From Terriglobia bacterium (GTDB taxonomy: Bacteria; Acidobacteriota; Terriglobia; 2-12-FULL-54-10), in contig CAXVYR010000003.1 in the NCBI GenBank assembly GCA_963666975.2, positions 512,001-576,000 on the forward strand: DNA of 64,000 nucleotides. Reading direction: 5' to 3'. The notes under the pieces were generated by a model. The model had not been told where the DNA came from and searched no databases. It worked only from the letters and a program-made list of their open reading frames with translations. The position numbers were made by a program, and so were the translations under genes. How positions within the stretch are numbered: the first letter of the stretch is position 1; every line of letters begins with the position of its first letter. This document shows positions 20,094 through 28,907 of this stretch, one piece after another.

Positions 20094-20933
20094 ACCCCGT
20101 TTTCCCCGTGCCGCAATCATCAGACAGGAAAAGGTCCCTTCGTCTGCTGCATGGAGCAGATTTTCAAGAGCAGTAATCCGTTCACGCGCAGACTCGCGCG
20201 AGGCTAAGGCCTGCACATCCGCCCGCAGCGCTTCTTGCATGGCAGCCGTTACGTCTTCCGCCTCCGGAACAAAATCGTAGTCCTGGAGCATCTGCAGAAA
20301 TTTGTCCGATGACCCCGCATGGTTCAACGAGGGGTTTGAGGCCCAGGGCAATGGGAGGCGAAGCTTGCCAAGATGATGCTGACGATGATTGCAAAACCAC
20401 TCATGGGCGGCGAGACGCCCGGAGGGTTTCAAGACGCGGGCGCACTCGTCGAGGAAAGAGGGCAAATCAGGGAGGTTCATGAGGAGATGCTGAGTCCAGA
20501 CGATGTCGGCAAAATGGGAAGGCAGGGGCAGGGAATCGGCATGGGCCGCGAGAAAGTGAATCTGATTTATTTTCTCCTCTTTCCCTCTAACGAGGCGAGT
20601 GAGATCAATTGCCGTCCGGAGCCGGGTCAGAGCCAGATCAAAGCCAAGGACCCGGCAGGAAAACTCCGTGTGCAAGAAGCGGGCCGCTCCGCCGATGCCA
20701 CAGCCGACGTCCACGACGCAGATTTCGGGGCGGGAATGCGGCTCGATTCCGGCGATTCGGGCCAGCATGCGGGTGGAACCGATTCCGCCGGCATGGGATT
20801 GGTCGTAAGGATAAAGGTCTTGCGGACGGACACGCGCCAGGTCCAGCCCTTTGCGCCGCAGGTTTTCGAGGATGGTCTCCGTGTTGGGCCCGCGGGAGTA
20901 GTGCTTTTGCAGGGATGAGGTGAACTCTTTCAT
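20088..20933 (-). CDS. Class I SAM-dependent methyltransferase (resembles sarcosine/dimethylglycine N-methyltransferase-like proteins)
   Basis: VDVGCGIGGAAR, DQSHAGG, RVLKPSG. Confidence 0.85.
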   Translation of the reverse strand: MKEFTSSLQKHYSRGPNTETILENLRRKGLDLARVRPQDLYPYDQSHAGGIGSTRMLARIAGIEPHSRPEICVVDVGCGIGGAARFLHTEFSCRVLGFDLALTRLRTAIDLTRLVRGKEEKINQIHFLAAHADSLPLPSHFADIVWTQHLLMNLPDLPSFLDECARVLKPSGRLAAHEWFCNHRQHHLGKLRLPLPWASNPSLNHAGSSDKFLQMLQDYDFVPEAEDVTAAMQEALRADVQALASRESARERITALENLLHAADEGTFSCLMIAARGKRGG

Positions 20934-20973
20934 GCTTCTTCCTTAGAGTTGCGGCTATTATAACCAGGACTAC

Positions 20974-21047
20974 GCCACTGAGGCACAGAGACACGGAGAA
21001 AGCAAGAACTCATGATGATCTGTGGCAGTCCTTTGTGTCTCTGTGGC
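20974..21047. repeat. Palindromic intergenic repeat of the GCCACAGAGGCACAGAG type
   Basis: GCCACTGAGGCACAGAGACACGGAG ... CTTTGTGTCTCTGTGGC imperfect inverted pair. Confidence 0.6.
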
Positions 21048-21083
21048 TAGTGCAGGTTCGGGATCATAAGCAGGAGGAAGTAC

Positions 21084-21368
21084 ATGGCAGCGCAAATTTC
21101 CGTCGAAGAGCAGCCGAAAGGCGACGGCTGGGAATGCCGGGTGACGGTTGCCGAGGGCAGCAGCCAAACTGTACATACGGTAACGGTCGAGAAGTCCTAC
21201 CGTGACAAACTGGCAGGGGCAGAGATTTCCGCCGGGCAGCTTGTGCGCAAGTCCTTTGAGTTTCTCCTGGAAAGGGAACCCAAAGAATCCATCCTGCGTT
21301 CTTTCAATCTGACTGTGATCAGCCGTTATTTTCCGGAGTACGAGCAGGATATCCGGCGGTCTTTCTAA
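21084..21368 (+). CDS. Small conserved-looking hypothetical protein
   Basis: AGGAGG RBS; LVRKSFEFLLEREPKESILRSFNL..ISRYFPEYE C-terminal block. Confidence 0.8.
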   Translation: MAAQISVEEQPKGDGWECRVTVAEGSSQTVHTVTVEKSYRDKLAGAEISAGQLVRKSFEFLLEREPKESILRSFNLTVISRYFPEYEQDIRRSF

Positions 21369-21862
21369 CGCCCGGCCAGCAACACTATGGCGTGAGCCGT
21401 TGCCACGGGTGAGGCTGATGACACCCCCGAGGCTCCTTCCGAAGTCTTTGCCTTCACGTTTACAAGCGAACTTTGAATTCCCAGCGCCCCAGCCAGGGTT
21501 TCTCGCATTGGGGCGATGTGCGGAGCGAGTTTCGGTTCATCGATCACAACCACGCTATCGATATTGAGGATTTGGAATCCCCTCTCGGCAAGAATACTTT
21601 TGATGGTCGCCAAAAACGTCAGGCTGCTGGCGTCTTTCCAGCGAGGGTCTGTGTCGGAGAAGAAATGTCCGATGTCCCCCAGCCCGGCAGCGCCGAGCAG
21701 GGCATCGGCTATGGAATGGGAAAGTACATCGCCGTCGGAGTGGCCGAGCAGACCCAGCGGGGAAGGAATTTCCACGCCTCCCAGCAGAAGCTTGCGGCCT
21801 TCCACCAGACGGTGCGTGTCGTACCCGATGCCGCAGCGAAGTCCGGTCTGTTCTTGAGTCAC
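21365..21862 (-). CDS. ispF: 2-C-methyl-D-erythritol 2,4-cyclodiphosphate synthase
   Basis: GIGYDTHRL, GHSDGDV.SH, GDIGHFF, NVKAKTSEG. Confidence 0.96.
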   Translation of the reverse strand: MTQEQTGLRCGIGYDTHRLVEGRKLLLGGVEIPSPLGLLGHSDGDVLSHSIADALLGAAGLGDIGHFFSDTDPRWKDASSLTFLATIKSILAERGFQILNIDSVVVIDEPKLAPHIAPMRETLAGALGIQSSLVNVKAKTSEGASGVSSASPVATAHAIVLLAGR

Positions 21863-21873
21863 AAAGAAAAAAT

Positions 21874-22617
21874 TTAGCCAGCGTCAGCCGGGCGGCTTCG
21901 CAAATTTATGGCAGATTCACCCAAAGAGTGGCGCTCCTCTTCCAGAAAGAAGCGGGCCAGTTCCAAATCGGCCGGTTGGGTGATCTTAATGTTGCGATCG
22001 GAACCCTTGACGACCGTGACCTCCATACCGAGATGCTCCACCAAGCCTGCTTCATCGGTGGCCTGAAACCCATCCTCGCGGGCCTTCTCGAAGGCTTGCT
22101 TCAGGATATCATATCGAAACACCTGGGGAGTTTGCGCCAGAACAATCCGCTCTCGCGGGATGGTGCTTACAATTCGGGTGCGCTCGACCTGCTTGACCGT
22201 ATCGATGCTGAGGACGCCCAGGATGCTGGCCCCGGTTTGGAAAGCTTCCTGGATTACGGCGGAGATCAACGCAGGAGAGACGAAGGGCCGCACGGCGTCA
22301 TGCACGGCCACCAAATCCGTATCGGGCGGCAAGGCGCGCAGGCAGTTTTCCACCGAGTCTTGCCGGCGATTGCCTCCCGTCACTATACTCACGCTCTTTC
22401 CGAGTTCCTCGCCTCCCAGAATATCTTGCAACTGGGCAAGGTCCTCCGGACCTGTGGCGATGCAGATGCCGCCGATTTCAGGGCAGGCGACGAGCTTGCG
22501 CAGCGTATGGATGAGGATGGGAGTTCCGTCCAGTTTCAGAAACTGTTTTTTGGAGGATCCCATGCGGACGCCGTGGCCGGCTGCAGGGATGATTGCTGTT
22601 ACCTTTTTCTCGCTCAT
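21874..22617 (-). CDS. ispD: 2-C-methyl-D-erythritol 4-phosphate cytidylyltransferase
   Basis: IPAAGHGVRM, RQDSV, VHDAVRPF, AQTPQVF, NIKIT. Confidence 0.96.
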   Translation of the reverse strand: MSEKKVTAIIPAAGHGVRMGSSKKQFLKLDGTPILIHTLRKLVACPEIGGICIATGPEDLAQLQDILGGEELGKSVSIVTGGNRRQDSVENCLRALPPDTDLVAVHDAVRPFVSPALISAVIQEAFQTGASILGVLSIDTVKQVERTRIVSTIPRERIVLAQTPQVFRYDILKQAFEKAREDGFQATDEAGLVEHLGMEVTVVKGSDRNIKITQPADLELARFFLEEERHSLGESAINLRSRPADAG

Positions 22618-22827
22618 CTCTTACTCATCTCGCTCATTCATCTTGCTGATTCATCTTGCACGCACCCCAACCTTCGATTATTGGTTCATGCCCGCAACGA
22701 TTGTGGAGCAAAGCAGCAGCGGCGTCAACGAGGTTTCTGTGCTATGGGGCGTGCTCGCGCATCCCCATTGCATCCGGTCTCGCGGTTTGTTAGAGTGATT
22801 TTACTCTTAATGAACGGGGTGTTGCCG

Positions 22828-23001
22828 ATGGCGATCAGCCAGGAACTGTTAGATATTTTAGTCTGCCCGGAGTGCAAGGCGCCGCTGAAAATGAAAGGCG
22901 ACCAGTCTGGGTTGAAGTGCGAAAAGTGCCGCCGGGTTTATCCGATCAAAGATGATATACCGGTCATGCTGATTGAGGAGGCTCAGGTTGAACCTGAATG
23001 A
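22828..23001 (+). CDS. Trm112/YcaR family protein
   Basis: LLDILVCPECK...CEKCRRVYPIKDDIPVML. Confidence 0.92.
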   Translation: MAISQELLDILVCPECKAPLKMKGDQSGLKCEKCRRVYPIKDDIPVMLIEEAQVEPE

Positions 23002-23080
23002 GCCGAGCCGGAATGAGCCAAGCCTCTGAACTGTTTTCTCAACAGTCACAGGTTTCGCAATCGTCGCAGGAGTCACTCGA

Positions 23081-24136
23081 GTGAAAGAGCTGGCCCAATT
23101 ACCGCAGGACGCTCGCGTGCTCATCGTTCGGCTGCGCTCCCTCGGGGACACCGTGCTGATGACGCCCGCGCTGCGCCTGCTGCACAACTGGCGTCCGGAC
23201 CTCCAGGTTTCTGTGCTGACAGAACATCCTTGGGACGAGCTGTTGGAAGGGAATCCGGCTATCCATTCTGTGATGATGATGCGAGGGAAGCTTCGCACGG
23301 CGTGGCAAGTGCGCCGGGCGCGGTTTGCGGCGGTGGTCAACTTGCACGGAGGCCCTACCAGCGCTTTTTTGACCCGGTTGAGCGGAGCCGGATTACGGGC
23401 CGGCTTTGAGCATTTCCGGGATGCTGCCGCCTATAACCTGCACGTTCCCGCCGCCCAGCAGATATTGTGCCGGGAAGGGCCGGTGCACACCGCCGAGCAC
23501 GTTGCCTCCTGCCTGTTCTGGCTGGGCGTGCCGCCGGGCGAGGTGCCTCCGGCAGAGGTTTACCCGTCGCCCGAAACCATCGAGAATGTTCTTGCGAAAC
23601 TACACTCCATCGGGTTGGAAAACGGAACCCGGTATGCCGTGATACACCCGGCTGCATTGTATGCCACCAAGCAATGGACACCGCAGGGATTTGCCGAGAT
23701 CGGTGAATTACTGGAGCAGGAATTCGATTTGCGTCCGGTGTATATCTGTGGCGCAGGTGAGTCTGAGGTGCTCGACCGGGTTGAGACCTATGCGCGGCAT
23801 CCAGTGCTTCGCGCGGAAGGCTGGCCGGTGCGAAAGCTGGTGGCGCTGATCGCGGGCGCGCGTGTCTTTGTGGGGAACGACTCCGGGCCGGCTCACGTTG
23901 CCGCGGCAGCGCGCATCCCCGTGCTGGTGATCTTCGGCTCTTCCCACGCCGCCGTGTGGAGGCCCTGGAAAGCGGTGGATTCGGCGGTAGTGCAGAATGA
24001 CTTTGATTGCAATCCCTGCCCGGGCGATCACTGTTCCGTCTACGACGAGCCTCGCTGTATCCTCTCCATCAGCACCGAACAAGTCCGGGTGAGCTTGGAG
24101 TCGTTGCTTCGCTCCCGTGTCTCCACCCGAGCCTGA
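23081..24136 (+). CDS. GT9 family LPS heptosyltransferase (third paralog)
   Basis: LIVRLRSLGDTVL, GNDSGPAHVAAA, CNPCPGDHC. Confidence 0.9.
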   Translation: MKELAQLPQDARVLIVRLRSLGDTVLMTPALRLLHNWRPDLQVSVLTEHPWDELLEGNPAIHSVMMMRGKLRTAWQVRRARFAAVVNLHGGPTSAFLTRLSGAGLRAGFEHFRDAAAYNLHVPAAQQILCREGPVHTAEHVASCLFWLGVPPGEVPPAEVYPSPETIENVLAKLHSIGLENGTRYAVIHPAALYATKQWTPQGFAEIGELLEQEFDLRPVYICGAGESEVLDRVETYARHPVLRAEGWPVRKLVALIAGARVFVGNDSGPAHVAAAARIPVLVIFGSSHAAVWRPWKAVDSAVVQNDFDCNPCPGDHCSVYDEPRCILSISTEQVRVSLESLLRSRVSTRA

Positions 24137-24223
24137 ACCAGTGCGGCGTTCCCTGAATTCGGCCTTGAATTTAGACCTGAGTTTTACGGGGCAGCCGAAG
24201 CTATTCGGAAGGAAGCGGAGGCT

Positions 24224-24742
24224 TCAAGCCTCTTTCTCCGCCGACGTTCTGAATTCGTAATAAAGGTATGCGGCAAGCAGGAGAGAGAATACGACAACTG
24301 CGATGAGCACGCGCCTGCCACGAGAGGCGGGCGAACCACTCGGCTGGATAGGAGGAAAGCTGAGTCTTTTATCCGTTTTCTCCACCCAGAGCGTGGTGGT
24401 TTCCGCATCGTTCAACCGGATGCGTACGACCACGCCGCTTCCCCGCGCGCGGGAGTCCTCAATGCGATACTGGTGGATGGGACCTTGCAAACCGTTCCAG
24501 CCCCAGTCTTCCAGAAAGTCGTCGAAGTGATAAGAGGAGGTGGGCTGCCAGATACGGTAGGCTTCTTGGTAGTCCTCTTGTTGCAAGGCCTTAAAAAATT
24601 GGCTGGCTCGGCGTTCCTCCGGATAGTTCTTCCATTCGTAATAAAGATACCCGGCAAGCAACAGGGACAGTACAATACCAAATATGAGCCGGCGCTTGCG
24701 GCGTTCCGCACCGAGATCAATCGGCTTAATGTATTCAAACAC
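24224..24742 (-). CDS. Hypothetical membrane-anchored protein with a duplicated TM segment
   Basis: Basic patch plus TM, then FFKALQQEDYQEAY..W; GTG start inferred. Confidence 0.7.
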   Translation of the reverse strand: MFEYIKPIDLGAERRKRRLIFGIVLSLLLAGYLYYEWKNYPEERRASQFFKALQQEDYQEAYRIWQPTSSYHFDDFLEDWGWNGLQGPIHQYRIEDSRARGSGVVVRIRLNDAETTTLWVEKTDKRLSFPPIQPSGSPASRGRRVLIAVVVFSLLLAAYLYYEFRTSAEKEA

Positions 24743-24873
24743 CCCAAACCTCTGAGCCTGGCAGATATGCCTGGAACATTTTCTCCAAAGCCAAACGCAA
24801 GATATATCATAACCGATCCAACTGTAAACGGCATGCCCGGGCCGGAGGTGGCGGCTGAACATCCGGCTCCGGC

Positions 24874-26106
24874 GTGCCGATTCTTGGGTCGCAGGAGGTT
24901 GTCCTGCTTATATTGATCGTTTTATTGTCATGCGGGCTGGCAGGGTGGCTCTTTTTGCTCCTGTGGCATGCGCTTCAGACTCGAGGCGTCGCAACGCTCT
25001 CCGGAACGATGGACTTTCCTCTTCGATCGCAGCCTCTTGTCTCCATTCTGATCCCCGCACGAAACGAAGCAGAGATCCTCGCGGCGACCCTCCCGCGCTT
25101 TCTGTCGCAGGACTACGGCAACTTCGAGGTAGTCCTAATAGACGATGCCTCGACGGACGGCACTGCGGATGTGGCCGGAAAATTCATGGCGTCCTATCCG
25201 GAGCGGTTGCGCTTGCTTCGGGTGGAGTCGTTGCCGCCGGATTGGATCGGCAAGACTCACGCGCTGGACGTAGGGTTTCGGGCTGCGAGAGGCGAGTGGG
25301 TGCTGGCCGCTGACGCAGATATTCTGCTTGATCCCAAGGCGCTGCGAGCTGGTTTGTGGGTGGCGGAACAGCAACGAGCGGAACTGGTCAGTATATTTCC
25401 TTTTATGGAATGCGTTTCCTTCTGGGAAAAGGTAATCTTGCCGGGCTTCGGCCTATTGCTCGCCACGTTTTTTCCGGTGCGGAAGGTGAATGATCCCAAT
25501 TCCACTGTGGCCCTGGCATCCGGAGGGTACATCCTAATGCGGCGCAGCGTGTGGGACAAACTGGGAGGATACCAAAGCGTTCGCTCGGAGATGATTGAGG
25601 ACTTGAATACAGCACGGATTGTAAAGCACTCCGGCCATCGCATCTTCGCCGCCCTGACCCAGGACCTGGTGCGGACACGCATGTACAAAAACTTCGGAGA
25701 AATCTGGGAAGGATTGCGCAAGAATGCCTTTGCGAGCCACCACTTTTCTATCCGGCGAATGCTGTTTTGGGTGAGCGGAGGTCTCCTGGCAAACCTGCTC
25801 CCGCTGGCCAGTCTTTTTTATTCTGCAGCTTTGTTGCTGGGCAAGACAGCAGGAAGCGGGGAACAGGCGTGGCAACTCCAGGCGGTTTTGGCTCTCTCCG
25901 CCGCCCAGTATTTCCTGTCCGTGTTGCTGCATCTGCCCGTGCTGGCCTACTACGGCATCGGATTCGGCTATGCGCTGCTGGCTCCTCTGGGTGGCGTTTT
26001 GTACGCTGTGATTTCTTTGGATTCGATGATGAGCACTTTGTTTGGGCAGGGGGTTTCCTGGAAATTGCGGCAATATGGCAGGCCGCCGCTTGAGTCGGAG
26101 GATTGA
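24874..26106 (+). CDS. Membrane GT2 glycosyltransferase (HpnB/CrtQ-like)
   Basis: IPARNEA, DDASTDGT, WIGKTHA, DAD, IEDL, RMY...IWEGLRKN; N- and C-terminal TMs. Confidence 0.88.
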   Translation: MPILGSQEVVLLILIVLLSCGLAGWLFLLLWHALQTRGVATLSGTMDFPLRSQPLVSILIPARNEAEILAATLPRFLSQDYGNFEVVLIDDASTDGTADVAGKFMASYPERLRLLRVESLPPDWIGKTHALDVGFRAARGEWVLAADADILLDPKALRAGLWVAEQQRAELVSIFPFMECVSFWEKVILPGFGLLLATFFPVRKVNDPNSTVALASGGYILMRRSVWDKLGGYQSVRSEMIEDLNTARIVKHSGHRIFAALTQDLVRTRMYKNFGEIWEGLRKNAFASHHFSIRRMLFWVSGGLLANLLPLASLFYSAALLLGKTAGSGEQAWQLQAVLALSAAQYFLSVLLHLPVLAYYGIGFGYALLAPLGGVLYAVISLDSMMSTLFGQGVSWKLRQYGRPPLESED

Positions 26107-26185
26107 ACCGGTCGATCTTTTCGATCTTTCGGCTTGCCTCTCGAGTGGCGGACCAGGAACAAAGCCAGCGAACGCTGCCGAACGG

Positions 26186-26806
26186 TTATTTTGTTTCCGT
26201 TGCAGCGGAAGACGGGTGAACGGCGGTTACCTCCTTCAGATGGCGCTCATAGGATTCCTGCTTCCAGGATTCCGGCACTACACCGATCCCGTCGGAAATC
26301 CGGTTCATGAAATTGAAATAGGCTACAATCGCCACCGCATCGAAGATGTTCTGATCCGTAAAGTCGGCGCCCCTCAGGCTGTCGATGTCTTCTGCAACCA
26401 CGTCGCCAGGGGTGTCGTTCAGCTTGCGCGCAAAGCCCAGCAAAACACGGTCCTTGTCATCCAGGCTTGCCAGCGCCCAGTGATCTTGCTGCAAGGCGGC
26501 AACCAGGGCATGATCGTGGGTGGCGGCGCGGAGAAACTCTCCGTGGGAGACTATTCAGTAGTGGCAGTGGTTCCAACTGGAGACGGCCGTCGAGAGCATC
26601 TCCTCCCAGCGGCGGCCCAGTGAGCTGCCCCCGAAGGTGACTTGATCCGTCAGCCGAAGGACCGCCTGCAATACTCCAGGCTTCATGCTGAAAGCCTGCA
26701 GAATCGGTGAAGGCCGCTTCAATTTCCGTTTCTTTTTAATCTCCTCGTAGGTTTCTTTTAACTCTCCCGTGGCTTGATTTTCATCAATGATCGGCAAGTA
26801 ACCCAT
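26186..26806 (-). CDS. AhpD/CMD-family peroxidase-related protein, probable selenoprotein (CxxU, Sec at codon 84)
   Basis: Two track ORFs are joined in frame across TGA 26555-26557, giving NHCHYUIVSHG; C-terminal AYFNFMNRI.DGIG; hairpin 11 nt after UGA. Confidence 0.85.
26529..26543 (-). promoter_or_regulatory. Putative bacterial SECIS hairpin
   Basis: CGGAGA-GTT-TCTCCG starting 11 nt 3' of the in-frame UGA. Confidence 0.6.
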
Positions 26807-26967
26807 GATGTCTCCGGGTTGAGTATGCTGAGTGGCTTCTGCGATACAACTATACCAGAATGCAGTGCTTGCCTCGAACGAAAGATGCGGCGTATAATAG
26901 TGGCTTTCGATACAATTACCAGATGCATTCTTCTTCGATTGATATTCTTCTTCTGTATCGAGGCGGT

Positions 26968-27507
26968 ATGACGAACGGTGCAACAGCGTCACCTACCAGC
27001 GAGGTCGCTCGGCTGATCAACGATGTCCTCAAGGGCGGGAAGGGGCTCGCCGATGAATCGACGGGAAAAATTGTGCAAGAACTGGCCAAACTCTTCTCGG
27101 TCGAGCTGGATGAGGTGGCCATCCTGCAACTCTCCACCGACGGCAGAGTTCTCAGCTTTCTCCATCCTTTTAAGCTGAAGCAAATGGGGAGCATCCCGCT
27201 GAGCACGACCAACTCGCTGGCGGTGCGTACGGTAAGAGAAAAGCGTCCGGAGATGATCAACAACTTCCCGGCTCAGAAGCATCCTACTATTTTTGAGGCG
27301 GTCGGGCTGGACCCCAAAAAGAAAGAGCGGGAGCCGATTCAGAAAATCATCAGCGCTCCTTTGCTGCTCGATTCAAAACCCGTCGGGGTCATTCAGATTT
27401 CCCGCAAAGGGAAATCCCTGCAGACGGCGGGAGCCGACTTTACCATACGCGACCTCACCTCCCTGATGACCACAGCGGGGATGCTGGCGAAATGCTTTAA
27501 GAAATAG
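26968..27507 (+). CDS. Stand-alone GAF domain protein
   Basis: SLAVRTVREKRPEMINN, IQKIISAPL..DSKPVGVIQISRK...FT..D. Confidence 0.75.
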   Translation: MTNGATASPTSEVARLINDVLKGGKGLADESTGKIVQELAKLFSVELDEVAILQLSTDGRVLSFLHPFKLKQMGSIPLSTTNSLAVRTVREKRPEMINNFPAQKHPTIFEAVGLDPKKKEREPIQKIISAPLLLDSKPVGVIQISRKGKSLQTAGADFTIRDLTSLMTTAGMLAKCFKK

Positions 27508-27645
27508 TCCAGAGAGCGATTCCTGGCTTTTGAACCGCTGATTCACATCCCAACCGCAGATTCTCAACAGGAAAAGTTACAGCCGCCGTAAGTGCACTGG
27601 CAGTTATTGCCGGATGGTTTGCTTTCTCTCGATTGTTGCGGCTCG

Positions 27646-28836
27646 CTAATGGGCAGGCGCTTGCAATGCCTTCTCTGCCGCCGCTACCCCGGCCCCACGA
27701 TCCAAAGAAAAACCGCTATCAGCCAGAACAGACTCCAGGGCGCTGAGCAGCAGCAGGACGCAGGAGGGAGTCGCCGTCAGTCCCATCAGGCCGATGCGCC
27801 AGATCTGGCCTTTCAATTTATCCAGGCCTCCGGCAATGTCGATGCCGAATCGGTTCAAAAGGCTCGTCCGGATGCGCGCGTCGTCCACTCCAGCCGGGAT
27901 GCGGATGGTATTTACAGTCCATGCGCGGGCTGCGGGGTCTTCGACGAACATTTTCAATCCCAAAGCTTCCACTCCCTGAACCAGCGCCAAGTGACTCTGT
28001 TGATGCCTGGCCCAAGCCGACTCCATGCCTTCTTCCCGCAGCATCCGCAGGGCCTCGTGAAATCCAAACAGCATATTGACGGGCGGGGTGTGATGGTAGC
28101 GCCGTTCCTTCCCCCAGTATTGCTGGATCATGCTGAGGTCCAGATACCAGCTTTGCACGGGGTGCCGGCGTTGGGAGATGACCTGAGCTGCCCGCTCGCT
28201 GACGGTGATGGGAGCCAAGCCAGGAGGGCAAGCAAGACATTTTTGAGAGCCGCTGTAGCAAATATCCAGATTCCATAGGTCGGTTTCCAGCGGCAGTCCT
28301 CCCAGCGAGGAAACCGTGTCGACCACCATCAGAGCGCCGCACTCCTGAGCGATTGCGCGCAAAGGCTCCAGCGGCTGGCAGACCCCGGTGGAGGTTTCGC
28401 TGTGAACCGCCGCCAGAACCTTCACCTTTTTTCCCCTGACGGCTTTGCGAATTTGGTCCGGATCGGGAGCTGCTTCCCAGGGAACATCAATGCGGATCAG
28501 CTTGCCGCCGCACCGCTCTACGATTTCGCACATGCGCGCGGCAAAAACCCCGCCCACAATCACTGCTGCGGTGTCCCCGGGCTCAAGTAAGTTGACCAGC
28601 GCGGCCTCCATGCCGGCGCTGCCGGTTCCCGAAAGAGGAAACGTGATGGAGTTCTGGGTTCGGAAGGCATAGCGCAACATCTCGTGCAGTTGGTCCAAAA
28701 TCTGCAGGAAGGCGGGATCGAGCAGGCTGACCACGGGCTGGATCATGGCGCGGTATACGCGCGGGTCCACCTCGCTGGGGCCCGGCCCCATCAGCAGGCG
28801 TTTGGGAATATTCACAGGGAGGAAGTTGTCAGCCAT
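27646..28836 (-). CDS. Class V aminotransferase (alanine-glyoxylate / serine-pyruvate family)
   Basis: LMGPGPS, VHSETSTG, VDTVSSLGG, SGSQKCL, YHHT, WRIGLMG. Confidence 0.93.
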   Translation of the reverse strand: MADNFLPVNIPKRLLMGPGPSEVDPRVYRAMIQPVVSLLDPAFLQILDQLHEMLRYAFRTQNSITFPLSGTGSAGMEAALVNLLEPGDTAAVIVGGVFAARMCEIVERCGGKLIRIDVPWEAAPDPDQIRKAVRGKKVKVLAAVHSETSTGVCQPLEPLRAIAQECGALMVVDTVSSLGGLPLETDLWNLDICYSGSQKCLACPPGLAPITVSERAAQVISQRRHPVQSWYLDLSMIQQYWGKERRYHHTPPVNMLFGFHEALRMLREEGMESAWARHQQSHLALVQGVEALGLKMFVEDPAARAWTVNTIRIPAGVDDARIRTSLLNRFGIDIAGGLDKLKGQIWRIGLMGLTATPSCVLLLLSALESVLADSGFSLDRGAGVAAAEKALQAPAH

Positions 28837-28907
28837 TCGGTTCTCCTCTATCTTTATAATTATGATTTTCCAGTTCAGCGGTTCTACGGGTTTTTGGGCT
28901 CAGAGAA

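Noticed and set aside
21928-22827. Long N-terminal extension of the 357-aa ORF ending in Trm112
   Set aside because: Antisense shadow of ispD; the real gene starts at 22828
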